Below, piece after piece: positions 18,696 to 27,880 of a DNA stretch of 64,000 bases. Where the stretch lies: NCBI GenBank assembly GCA_964618725.1, contig CAZUBK010000001.1:260908-324907 (forward strand), read 5' to 3'. Each line of letters begins with the position of its first letter. Position 1 is the stretch's first letter. A model generated the notes under the pieces. It was given only the letters and a program-made list of their open reading frames with translations, was not told where the DNA came from and did not search any database. A program made the translations under genes and the position numbers. Source of the DNA: an uncultured Pseudomonadales bacterium (lineage in GTDB: Bacteria > Patescibacteriota > Microgenomatia > UBA1400 > Chazhemtobacteraceae).

Positions 18696-21600
18696 GGTTT
18701 ATTTCTAGAATAAAGTTTGTATGGACCGGCGTCAAAGATGGGAGAGAAACCGAGTTGACCCAAATCAAACTTGGGCACTGAGAAGGGATCAATGAGGATA
18801 TAATTAAGCGGAGTGTCTTTGAGAAAGTTCTTAGCAAAAATTTGACTGTCTGTGAGGAAGAAGCGTTGATTAAGAGTTTGTTGCTCTTGATAGTCGTAGT
18901 TACTAATCTCAAGGTTAACGTTGTCGGCAAAGTAGACGGGCTGTCCGGTAAGAGCGGTGACATAAGAAGTGGAGTCGAAGGCGAAGAGCGGTTTGGGGGT
19001 AACAAGTGGCTTGGCTCTCTGCTGTTGGTAACTGGGAGAAAGGACTAGTCCAGGAGCACTTCGGCGTAGTATGTCGAGTTGACGAAGCTGGGGGTAGGGG
19101 ATGAAAGTGGAAGGAGAAAAGGAAGTATAGTTTCTTAGCGACCCAACAGTTGTAGATAGAGCAAAGATAATGAATGCAGCGGTTAGTAGACTTAGCTGAA
19201 GGAGATTGCGACAACGAGAAAGGAGGGAGATAATGACGGGACCGATCAAAAGGTTTAGGAAAAAGAGGGAGTAATAGGAGAATTGGATAGAGTTCCAAGA
19301 ATTACCGGATTGAATAAAGATGAGGGGAACGATCAAGCCGACTATGGTGATAAAAAAGATAATTTTGGCAGTATCCTTTTCTTTGATAAGAGAGGCTAAT
19401 CTAGGTAGAGCGAGGAGGCGGAGACCCAGGTTACCAACCAAGTATAGAAATAATCCTATTGACTGGAGAAAAATGAGTTTTAGATAGTTGCCGCTCAGGA
19501 GGTAGTTTTGCCAGGCAGAGGCAAAATACGGGATGAAGAGGCGGTCTTCAGCGGCAAAGAGAGCCTTGATAAACCAAAGCGGCGAGAAAATAAAAAGACT
19601 ACTACCCGCATTGTAGGTGGGGAGAAAGAAAAGAAGGGTGAGAGCAACAGAGCTAAAGAGAATCACAGATAAAGAGCGTGTTCTCTTAGGGGAACGAAGA
19701 AGGGAAAGAAGAAACAAAAGACCAAGAGAAATAAGGAGAAGGATGGAGGCGTAGGCTTTAATCTGGATAAGTAGACCAGCGAGGAGAGAAAGAACTGCTG
19801 TGCGACGAAGAGTTAAAGCATTTATCCAGCGATCAAAAAGAATGAGGAAACCAAGCAAGATAGTTAATGAAAGAGCAAAGGGAGGGTTGACGAGGGTAGT
19901 GACGGACTGGGTCATCCAGAAGGTAGATTCACCACCAAAAGGGCCGTGGCCACTGATGAGAGAAGGAATGAAGCCAAGAGAGCCCATGAGATAGACGGCG
20001 AGAAGAGAGACGCTGATGGCAGAAGTGGTGAACTTTAGACGACGAAGCAAAATGGCCGAGAAAAGGCCGACAAGGATAGAAATCACGGCAGGGACAAAAC
20101 GAAAATATAAATCGAGTGAAGAGATACTAGTGGCCCAGGTAAGGAGACCGAGAAAATAATCATAAAGGAAATGATAGTTTTGGAGCTGATGAGAATAGAG
20201 ATTGGGATTGGCGAGGGAAAGAGGTTCCCTGGCAAATGATTCGATTAAAGAAAAATGAACTAAGGCGTCATGACTATGTGCTCCGAAGAGAGTAAGACCA
20301 AAGGAATTTAATTGTCCTGATTGCCACATCGTTAACATCCACACCAGGGATCCAAAAAGAATAGTGAGAGTAACGGCAATATTACCTTTGGCAATAGTAG
20401 CGACTCTCTTGGGAGTGAGCCCAAGAAAATAGAGAACGATGAGGACAAGGGCAATAAACTTGGCTAGGTCAAAGAGAAAGCTCAGTCGAGAGTGAAAGTA
20501 GGGCGCCCAATTTGAATTGAAACTAAAGGTTGTCTGACTAGAGTCAATTTTCTTAGATATGGCGGGGTGGGGCGGGAGGATGAAGTCGATGTTAGTCGTT
20601 ATTCCCTGTGATTCAAGATTTATGAATTGCTCTTGGTCGGAGAGATCAAGGTGCCAGAGACCTTTCTCGACGCCAATTTGAGCCGTCTTGAGGTTGAAAT
20701 CGATATCTAGTGGGTTACCTGAGATGAGGGGGTAATTGGTCAGAGACAACTGGGGCAGAAAGTTTCTGACTTGGCGATAGTCCTCGGCTTCGATATTGTT
20801 AAAGATGGTTAGTTGAGTGATTTTACTTTGGCCATTGGTTTGAGTCAGACGAATTTGATAAAAGGGGTTGACGTAATAGAGGTCGGTGTCGAAAGGAGAA
20901 ACAGACTTGAGATAGTAGGCGGGGCTAGTGGCGAGATAACGCTGGTTGAACCAGGTACCGAATTCGCCTAGTTTCAGTGGCCTAAAGTTGTAGCTTTGGT
21001 TGGCGGTGGTGAGAAATTGAAGATATTGGCGGAACTGGCTTAGGAAGGGGGCAAAGTTTGAGCGGTTGTCTATACCGACGGTCACTTGGCCAAATTCGCT
21101 TAAAGGAGAAGTAGATAAATCGATTAAGTGATCGGTAAGGCGCTTCTCGGCTTGCCTCGGATTCCAGTAGGTCAAACCAATAGAGATCTTTTCGCTTCGA
21201 TTTTGGCTTGGGACGAGAGCGTTGTTCTGATGAGGAAAATAGGGGAAATGAGTAAAGGGAGTGATCAGAGACGGGGGGACCGAGTCGAGGGGGGTAATGC
21301 CATAGGTGGCGGCGGTAACCGAGTATTTCTTTTGAAGATACTCAAGACTAAAGCTATCTAAATAGGTGCCACCGACGCTCTTGGGGTAAAAGCCAAAACT
21401 CTTAAAGAAAAGTTCCATGTAAGTATTAATCAACTTGATTCGATCCCTGGGGGTGTAACTATTAAGGTAGTTCATCGTCTGGCTATATTCAGCGCTGAAG
21501 CTAAGCTTGCCAAGTAAAGACCGATCTACTTCTAACAGGGCGCCAATCTCGTGATTAGTTTCCTTGGCCAGCTTTTGGAAATAACTAAGTGAAAGGGGAG

Positions 21601-21832
21601 AGTTTAAGACTTTATAATCAAGAAGCCAGGTGATGGGGGTGGCAGCTTTAGTGGCTTCCTCAGTAATAGCGATGGGGAGATCAAGAGTGGAAAATGGTAG
21701 ACCATCTGTAGGTAAGATCTCACGGATGGGAAAAACGAAGTTAATGAAGGTTTCTTTTTTGAAGGCATATGAGGGGCTAACAAAGAGAAAAAGACTAAGA
21801 ATGAGGGTAAATAGGGTAAAGAATCGTTTCAT
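18692..21832 (-). CDS. Bipartite envelope protein (1046 aa): secreted conserved N-domain (paralog of 13868..15661) fused to a large polytopic membrane domain
   Basis: Signal peptide, the shared N-domain (see 13868..15661), then more than 12 TM helices from about residue 450 to 900, and a C-terminal soluble tail. Confidence 0.7.
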   Translation of the reverse strand: MKRFFTLFTLILSLFLFVSPSYAFKKETFINFVFPIREILPTDGLPFSTLDLPIAITEEATKAATPITWLLDYKVLNSPLSLSYFQKLAKETNHEIGALLEVDRSLLGKLSFSAEYSQTMNYLNSYTPRDRIKLINTYMELFFKSFGFYPKSVGGTYLDSFSLEYLQKKYSVTAATYGITPLDSVPPSLITPFTHFPYFPHQNNALVPSQNRSEKISIGLTYWNPRQAEKRLTDHLIDLSTSPLSEFGQVTVGIDNRSNFAPFLSQFRQYLQFLTTANQSYNFRPLKLGEFGTWFNQRYLATSPAYYLKSVSPFDTDLYYVNPFYQIRLTQTNGQSKITQLTIFNNIEAEDYRQVRNFLPQLSLTNYPLISGNPLDIDFNLKTAQIGVEKGLWHLDLSDQEQFINLESQGITTNIDFILPPHPAISKKIDSSQTTFSFNSNWAPYFHSRLSFLFDLAKFIALVLIVLYFLGLTPKRVATIAKGNIAVTLTILFGSLVWMLTMWQSGQLNSFGLTLFGAHSHDALVHFSLIESFAREPLSLANPNLYSHQLQNYHFLYDYFLGLLTWATSISSLDLYFRFVPAVISILVGLFSAILLRRLKFTTSAISVSLLAVYLMGSLGFIPSLISGHGPFGGESTFWMTQSVTTLVNPPFALSLTILLGFLILFDRWINALTLRRTAVLSLLAGLLIQIKAYASILLLISLGLLFLLSLLRSPKRTRSLSVILFSSVALTLLFFLPTYNAGSSLFIFSPLWFIKALFAAEDRLFIPYFASAWQNYLLSGNYLKLIFLQSIGLFLYLVGNLGLRLLALPRLASLIKEKDTAKIIFFITIVGLIVPLIFIQSGNSWNSIQFSYYSLFFLNLLIGPVIISLLSRCRNLLQLSLLTAAFIIFALSTTVGSLRNYTSFSPSTFIPYPQLRQLDILRRSAPGLVLSPSYQQQRAKPLVTPKPLFAFDSTSYVTALTGQPVYFADNVNLEISNYDYQEQQTLNQRFFLTDSQIFAKNFLKDTPLNYILIDPFSVPKFDLGQLGFSPIFDAGPYKLYSRNKP

Positions 21833-23316
21833 GAGTGTAGATTAGAGTAAATAGTCTTGAACTGTCTAATTAAAGCATTCCCCTCGACTAAATAGACGGC
21901 GGTGAAATAGATCAGGACAGAACCAAGAATAACAGGAATAAAGATCACTAGGTTGGTGAGAAGTGGTAAAACCAGAATCAGGCCAATGGCCAAACAGAGG
22001 CTCCCCAAGATGGGGGCCTTGAGGGCAAGAAGGAAATTGGCATGGGTGAGACGAGAAATGATGACAAAGACGACAATTGAGCTCAAGGAAATCAGAGCGG
22101 CGGAAATGGAGACACCCAGATAGCCAAAGCGGATGGCCATAAAGGGCATGAGAGTCCAAGTGAGGACGGTCCACATGATCATGAGTTTGAAAGTAATCTT
22201 GATCTTACCGATGGCATTAAGGGCATTGGTAAGGGGAGTAGAAAGAACGGCAAAGGCGGCGTTGATAAGATACAAGTAGAGGGGAATGAGAGCCGGGAGC
22301 CATTTTTGATAGCGGGGAATGAGATCGATTAAAGGTTTGGCGAGAATACCCATACCAACAAAGATAGGGAAACAAAGAAGGGCGAGAAAAAAGAGCGTAC
22401 GTTCGATACCTTTCTTTAGAGTCTCGGGGTGGTGCTGAACGCGTGAGTAGGCTGGGAAAGCGACTTTGGTGACATTGTCCATAAAGAAACGAAGCGGTTG
22501 GTTGGCCCAACGAGAGGCCCAGCCGATGTAACCCAAGCCAGCCGAGCCGATGATCCGACCCAAAATTATGGTCATACCGTCGTCTTTAATAACGGCTAAG
22601 AAAGTGTTGAGCTGGAAGGGAAGGCCAAAGTGAAGGAGCTTCTTGAGGGAGGCTTTGGAGATACCAAGGATTGGTTGCCAAGGAGCGATGACGTAGATGG
22701 CAGCTAGTCCGACGATGCCTCTAATCAAAACCGCGGCAGTAAAGGTGTTGATCCCCCAGCCTTTCCAGGCGAGATAGACGGCGGTGATATTGAAAGCGAG
22801 GTTCTCTAAGATCTGGGGGACAATTAGCTTGTTGAATTGAAGTTCTCTTTCAAGCAGGATGGTAGGAATAGTTTTCAGCGAGGAAAGGAATAACGAGATG
22901 CCAAGCGACCACATGAGATAAATCCCAGCAGAGGAGAGTCCATATTGAGTCTTGATTAAAGGTGTGGCAGAAAAAAGGATCACTAATAGAGTAAGAACAA
23001 GCGCTTGTTGGATAGTGAAGGTGGTTTTCAGGTCATCGTCGGTGACGGCCTCTTTTTTCTGAATAAGAGCGGCGGCAAGACCAATATCGGCAAAATAGGT
23101 GAGGAAGTTAACTACAGCAGAGACTAGGAAGAAGGTGCCATAGATCTCGGGGGAGAGGAAAACGGTGAGGGCAAAAGTAGCGATGAAGGTGATAATTTGG
23201 ATGATAAAGGTCCTGGAAGTGAGTGCGACGACACCAGAGATGGAGCGAGCTTTGATGGAATGTAGATCGATCTCTGGCGTACCTGGATCAAGCTCGATTG
23301 GTTGAGACTCAGACAT
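21829..23316 (-). CDS. Polysaccharide/oligosaccharide flippase (Wzx-like, MOP superfamily)
   Basis: 495 aa with about 12-14 TM helices. N-terminal VALTSRTFIIQIITFIATFALTVFLSPEIYGTFFLVSAVVNFLTYFADIGLAAALIQKK is typical of Wzx/PST family proteins. Confidence 0.7.
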   Translation of the reverse strand: MSESQPIELDPGTPEIDLHSIKARSISGVVALTSRTFIIQIITFIATFALTVFLSPEIYGTFFLVSAVVNFLTYFADIGLAAALIQKKEAVTDDDLKTTFTIQQALVLTLLVILFSATPLIKTQYGLSSAGIYLMWSLGISLFLSSLKTIPTILLERELQFNKLIVPQILENLAFNITAVYLAWKGWGINTFTAAVLIRGIVGLAAIYVIAPWQPILGISKASLKKLLHFGLPFQLNTFLAVIKDDGMTIILGRIIGSAGLGYIGWASRWANQPLRFFMDNVTKVAFPAYSRVQHHPETLKKGIERTLFFLALLCFPIFVGMGILAKPLIDLIPRYQKWLPALIPLYLYLINAAFAVLSTPLTNALNAIGKIKITFKLMIMWTVLTWTLMPFMAIRFGYLGVSISAALISLSSIVVFVIISRLTHANFLLALKAPILGSLCLAIGLILVLPLLTNLVIFIPVILGSVLIYFTAVYLVEGNALIRQFKTIYSNLHS

Positions 23317-23396
23317 AAGGAAATTCTAGCATGGGGACCGACGGGTAACTAATCCTAATGTTGGTCATTGTGACCGGCTTGAGTTAAAATGAGCCA

Positions 23397-24236
23397 ATGA
23401 ATTTTACTTGGGGAAATATTTTTATTGATGGCAAGATAGAGGAGACAGAGAAACTGAAGGAAGATTTGGGGCTATCTGATTGGAATCCAGAAGATCCAGA
23501 AGAGATTTGGCACACGCTACATGATAAACAGAAAGAATTAGACCGGATACTGGGAGGGAGGGTTGAAGTTAGCTTGATTACCTATGCGGATGGAGAGGCG
23601 TGTTTTGATTTCTATGTTTCTGGGGAAAAGAAGGAAGTGACAAAATATAGGGAGGAATTTCAGATGGATATTAAGCTTTGGGAGTTGTGGGAGAAGTATT
23701 CCAAGAGGATGTTCGAGAATGTACAGAACGGAGTTCAATACAAACAGGACATGACCAAGGGATATTTTCTTTCTGAAGATGAGGTGATGAGGAGAATTGA
23801 AGAGGAATTTATCGATCTTGTACCGAATTACATAGATGGGATCAAGAAAGTTTTGTTTGGATGTAAAGATGATGATAAGAGGGCTGGTGCCGCTTATTTG
23901 ATTGGCTGGCATGATGACAGGAAAGAGGCATTAGAACTTCTTAGTCGGGCAATTGCTGAAGATCCAAGTCATCACGTTCACAATAACGCTCTAAGAGTAA
24001 TGGTACCCTTGACGAGAGTTCTTAAGGTATCAATTCCAGATGCTGTGTTGAACATGCTGTATCACCCCTCGACTGCCTGCATCAACAAGGCTTTGTGGTT
24101 AATCTCAGAAGTAAGCAAAGAGGACTTGATATCAATTCCCAAGAGATATAAAGAAAGAATTCAGATTTTATCGGAAGTTAAACAAAAGAATTTAAGAGAT
24201 ATTGCAAAAGAAATCATAAAAAAAGGGTTGCAGTAA
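23397..24236 (+). CDS. Hypothetical soluble protein (279 aa)
   Basis: Intact ORF, acidic and helical, with no motif I recognise. Convergent with the ATP-grasp gene. Confidence 0.55.
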   Translation: MNFTWGNIFIDGKIEETEKLKEDLGLSDWNPEDPEEIWHTLHDKQKELDRILGGRVEVSLITYADGEACFDFYVSGEKKEVTKYREEFQMDIKLWELWEKYSKRMFENVQNGVQYKQDMTKGYFLSEDEVMRRIEEEFIDLVPNYIDGIKKVLFGCKDDDKRAGAAYLIGWHDDRKEALELLSRAIAEDPSHHVHNNALRVMVPLTRVLKVSIPDAVLNMLYHPSTACINKALWLISEVSKEDLISIPKRYKERIQILSEVKQKNLRDIAKEIIKKGLQ

Positions 24237-24243
24237 GCAACCC
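24218..24243 (-). terminator. Rho-independent terminator for the minus-strand ATP-grasp operon
   Basis: Minus-strand reading: GGGTTGC-ttact-GCAACCC followed by TTTTTTT. Overlaps the last codons of 23397..24236. Confidence 0.45.
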
Positions 24244-24274
24244 AGAAAGAGTTAACGATACACTCTTAATAGCC

Positions 24275-25215
24275 TTAATAAGAGCTCGTCATTGGGAGTC
24301 CGGTTAATTGTTCCAACCAATACCACTGACCGTTGGCGTTGGTTTCAAGATAAATGTAATCACCATCCGGAGTAACTATCATGTCAGAAGCTGAGTAGTT
24401 GAGGTTGAGGGTTTTGTTAAGTTCCAATAGCTGTCGCTCAACCATGTAAGGTAATCGGACAGATTCATGACCCATTTTTTCAGGAAGCACTCTTCGCCAG
24501 TCAATTCGGCTGTCATCCATGGTTTGGGAGTCGATCTGAACGGCAAAGACTTGGTTGCCAAAGATGGTGATACGAAGCTCATATGCTTTAGGTATGCATT
24601 CCTGAAAGATTTCATCCCCACATTTTAGTTGGGGTGTGGCGATCCGTTCTAGAACTTGTGCGAGTTAGACTTGATTTGTCAAATGTTCGTATAGGACAAA
24701 CAGAATACGGACCAGGTAGTAGCCCTGGTCCGTTATGTTTAGCGCATGAAGATGATTCCTGGTGCATCAGGATCAATAGGGTTAGGGTCTTTGATGCCGC
24801 GATATACGGCACTAGCGACCCAAAGAGCTTCTTTCAGATTGTTCACTTGAGCAATTCGTCTTACCATAATGGCGACTTTACCAGCGAACTCGTGTGTCTC
24901 AATTGCCCCCTTCATCTCAGTGTGGGGAATGTAGTGAATGATAAGCGCGAGGTGGCCGAAAACAAAAACATCTTCGTCTTTGAAGGAATCTTGGCGAGCA
25001 ACGGCTGACTCTCCATTGTGTAAGAGTGGAGTAAGCGAAGAATGGACACTGAAAATCTGGTTGGTCAGATCTAGGCGAAGATAGCCATAAAAGCTATCAA
25101 AATCTAAATTGTGATCGTCGACGAGATCAAGCTCGGGAAGATTCAAAATAAAAGTGCCGGTGGCTAATTTGCTGATTCGGACAACAAAGAAACGATCAAG
25201 ATTGTCAGTCATCAA
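24275..25215 (-). pseudogene. Microviridin-type (MdnC/MvdD-like) ATP-grasp ligase, disrupted and split over two or three frames
   Basis: N-terminal ORF 24739..25215 carries ...DRFFVV..., ...IPHT..., FAGKVAIMVRR (ATP-grasp central region). C-terminal frame 24275..24664 reads LERIATPQLKCGDEIFQECIPKAYELRITIFGNQVFAVQIDSQTMDDSRIDWRR...LNYSASDMIVTPDGDYIYLETNANGQWYWLE. That matches my memory of MdnC (FQENIPKALELRITIVGEQ...DWR...LNYGAIDMIVTPDERYIFLEINPVGEFFWLE). The frames are separated by an in-frame TAA at 24665-24667 and a frame change near 24740. SD GGAGGT lies before the ATG at 25215. Confidence 0.6.
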
Positions 25216-25279
25216 ATACCTCCATTGTGGAATGTATTTATTCTACCAACTGTCGGGGGGATTGTCGATATCTATGGGG

Positions 25280-25549
25280 TTAGAGCCCAAGGTTGATATC
25301 AAGAAGGGCGTCACCAGAGAAGTCGTCAGGATTAGTTTTGTCCAAATCTTGATTGGTTTGATTCATTTCAGAATCAATATCGTCCTGAGGAGCAAGAATG
25401 GGAGTAGGCATTGGAGCAGGAAAGATAGTTTTGACAACGGGAGAGGACTGGAGATTTTGGGGCAGTTTGACGGTACCGGAGTAGACAAGGTACCAGAGAC
25501 CGAGGATGGCAGCGGCAATGAGGGTGAGGGTGAGATAGGTATTTTTCAT
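25280..25549 (-). CDS. Small protein (89 aa) with an N-terminal hydrophobic segment and an acidic, Thr/Asp/Glu/Lys-rich C-terminus; hypothetical (candidate substrate peptide of the adjacent ATP-grasp)
   Basis: MKNTYLTLTLIAAAILGLWYLVYSG...QDDIDSEMNQTNQDLDKTNPDDFSGDALLDINLGL. Its start is 10 nt after the stop of the 25560 gene and its stop is 65 nt upstream of the ATP-grasp start. Confidence 0.45.
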   Translation of the reverse strand: MKNTYLTLTLIAAAILGLWYLVYSGTVKLPQNLQSSPVVKTIFPAPMPTPILAPQDDIDSEMNQTNQDLDKTNPDDFSGDALLDINLGL

Positions 25550-25559
25550 TTGTTTTGTT

Positions 25560-26153
25560 TTACTGAGTAACAGTTGGGGTAGGGGTAATTGTAGCCTTTT
25601 GTTGTCTTAAGGCTCTGAGATCAGCTCTGATGACATTTTTGATGTAATCATGAATCTGCTTGGCAGAGGTGCGGAAAGTAGCGAGACTTTGACGCGAAGA
25701 GTTCATCTGACCCTTAAAGTTCACCATTTGTGACATACAGTCAAAAGTGAGAGATTTCTCGGCATCAATGACAAACTGAGAGTAGTCAGTGGCGAGATCC
25801 TCAATCATGATGGTAAGAGTAGCGAGATGAGTCCTAAAGATGGCGGTGTCATAACCTTGGCTGGTGAGCCGATCGGCTAGTTCAAGCCAGCGGGTGTGAG
25901 CTGAACGATAGACTTCGATGTGATTATCTTTACGAACACTGAGATTGTTGACGTGAGCACGAACACGACTTTCGATGGCAGAACATTTGTTTTCTATTCT
26001 TCTGGCCGATTGAGTAGAAACTCTCTGAGCTCGAAGAGTGGGATCCATTCGCTCCGCTCGCTGCGCCGAGACAGGGAGGGCGAGAAAGGAGAAAAGAAAG
26101 GTGAGAAGAAAAAGTATATTCATATCAATTTGGTCTTTCTTTATTATAACCAT
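25560..26153 (-). CDS. Secreted hypothetical protein (197 aa)
   Basis: Signal-peptide-like MNILFLLTFLFSFLALPVSA (the real start may be the internal ATG at 26123). No motif I recognise. Confidence 0.55.
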   Translation of the reverse strand: MVIIKKDQIDMNILFLLTFLFSFLALPVSAQRAERMDPTLRAQRVSTQSARRIENKCSAIESRVRAHVNNLSVRKDNHIEVYRSAHTRWLELADRLTSQGYDTAIFRTHLATLTIMIEDLATDYSQFVIDAEKSLTFDCMSQMVNFKGQMNSSRQSLATFRTSAKQIHDYIKNVIRADLRALRQQKATITPTPTVTQ

Positions 26154-27873
26154 TTCTTGTCAAGCGACGTATCTGCCAGATGAGATAACCCAGGGAGAAA
26201 ATGGTGATTAAGTTACTGAGAATGCGAATAAAGGTGTTGTGAAGTTTAACCTTAATATGATGAGTACCTTGAGGCAGCTCAATTTCAATTCGGCCTAAAT
26301 CGGCGTCATACCCATGCTTTATTTTTTTCCCATTGGCAGTGACTACCCAGTTGGGATATTCAAAGATGGGCAACTGGAGGGTAGCCAGCTTGGAGGAAAT
26401 CTTGGTATCAAAGAAAAGATAGTTAGTACCTTTCTCCATGTTCTGTATGCCGCCTTGGCCTTTGATAAATTCAGGATAGATCTGTCCGGGAGCACCAGGA
26501 GGGCGAGAAGCGGTTTTAGGCAGGTAGTCAAAGATTCCCCCAGTGGTCTGGAGTTCCCAGGCGTAACCGCTGAACTTTTCTTGGACGGTAGTCTTGACTG
26601 ACTTTTGGATGGCAAAGAAGGGCAGATTCCAAGCAATGACACCGACGATTAGGACGCTCGCGACAGCCCAATGGAGTACCTTGTTACTTGGAAGAAAAAG
26701 AAAGAGATAAGCCGAGAGAAAAGAGAAGATGAAGGTAGGGATGGCCAAGAGACGCCAAGGGAACTGGGCGTAGTAGAGGAAGGGAAGATGATCCCAGAAC
26801 CAAATGGAACGACTGTGAATGAGAAAAATGTAGAAAAGAGTAAGAGAAGTAAGTAGCGGAATGACCAGGCTAACACGGATTAGCTTGTGAGGACTTTTTC
26901 TTAAGAAGGAGAGTATTAGGAGACCGACAAAAAGAAAAGAGACGATAAGAGTAGTGATCCAATGAAAGTGGCCAATGGGGAAGGCCATGTCATCGTTGGG
27001 TCCCCAAGTGGAACCACCATAGCCCCAGAAGCGAGAAAAGAACATCTGGTTGATATCGGCATAGTGGGCGAGATAGTTGAAGTAACCAACGGTCATTGAC
27101 TCAACGTGGGCGAGGGACTTCTCGGCGACGACGGGAATGAAAAAGAAGGCGGCGAGACCGATGGCGAGAAAACCAGAGAGGATGAGGGGTTTAAGGCGAG
27201 AGAAATCCCTCATTTTGAAAAGCCAAAAGAGACCCCAAGCGGCTAAAAGTGGGGAGAAGATGAGGGTCATGACATTGTGAGACAGGAGTAGCGCGGCATA
27301 GGAAAGGGCTAAGCCGAGTCTGGCCCACCTGATGTCCTTGGCGGTGGCAACCGTATGAACATAGAGGAAAGTGAGAGGAAACCAAATGAGTCCCCAGGCT
27401 TCATTGAGGGCACCGCGAACGTAGATATCTACTGAATGATAGGGGGCATAGACATAGAAGACGGCGGCGAGTAAGCCGGCGATGGGACCGTGGAAGCGCG
27501 AGGCGAGGGCGAACATAAAGAGACCAGGGAGGACGAAGGCAAGAATGAAGACGAGTTTGATTGACCAGAAAAGATCGAAGCCGAGAAGATGAAAGACCTC
27601 AGCGACGTAATACGGAAGAGGGGGATAGTAGTTGAACATGGGGTAACCCAGACCAAAGCCGGCATCGGGAATCCAACGACAGGGAATCTGAAGATCCTTA
27701 AGACACTGGTGCAGTCCCTCAAGACGAAGAATCTGAAGATCATCGTGCATGGTGAAATAACCAGGGAGGAGAAGGTCCTTGATGGCGGGAAGTGACAAGA
27801 GGATGACCAAAAGATACCACTTGGAAGAAATTAAGAATTTCAAAATCTTCTGACCGGTTTTTTTAAGACTCAT
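26125..27873 (-). CDS. Polytopic membrane protein (582 aa), putative GT-C-like glycosyltransferase with a C-terminal periplasmic domain
   Basis: More than 12 TM helices, then a soluble C-terminal ~150 aa. Head-to-tail with the PMT/ArnT-like genes. Confidence 0.6.
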   Translation of the reverse strand: MSLKKTGQKILKFLISSKWYLLVILLSLPAIKDLLLPGYFTMHDDLQILRLEGLHQCLKDLQIPCRWIPDAGFGLGYPMFNYYPPLPYYVAEVFHLLGFDLFWSIKLVFILAFVLPGLFMFALASRFHGPIAGLLAAVFYVYAPYHSVDIYVRGALNEAWGLIWFPLTFLYVHTVATAKDIRWARLGLALSYAALLLSHNVMTLIFSPLLAAWGLFWLFKMRDFSRLKPLILSGFLAIGLAAFFFIPVVAEKSLAHVESMTVGYFNYLAHYADINQMFFSRFWGYGGSTWGPNDDMAFPIGHFHWITTLIVSFLFVGLLILSFLRKSPHKLIRVSLVIPLLTSLTLFYIFLIHSRSIWFWDHLPFLYYAQFPWRLLAIPTFIFSFLSAYLFLFLPSNKVLHWAVASVLIVGVIAWNLPFFAIQKSVKTTVQEKFSGYAWELQTTGGIFDYLPKTASRPPGAPGQIYPEFIKGQGGIQNMEKGTNYLFFDTKISSKLATLQLPIFEYPNWVVTANGKKIKHGYDADLGRIEIELPQGTHHIKVKLHNTFIRILSNLITIFSLGYLIWQIRRLTRNGYNKERPN

Positions 27874-27880
27874 ATCGAGA

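Noticed and set aside
24665-24667. Stop-codon reassignment as the explanation for the in-frame TAA in the ATP-grasp gene
   Set aside because: Other genes in the window terminate normally at TAA, TAG and TGA, and all their conserved domains read through without internal stops. A local lesion is more parsimonious than an alternative genetic code.
24612-25570. Plus-strand ORFs 24634..25008 and 25154..25570, and minus-strand ORFs 24612..24812 and 24379..24621
   Set aside because: They are antisense to, or alternative frames of, the disrupted ATP-grasp gene and the 89-aa ORF. Only the two frames carrying MdnC-like motifs are treated as coding remnants.
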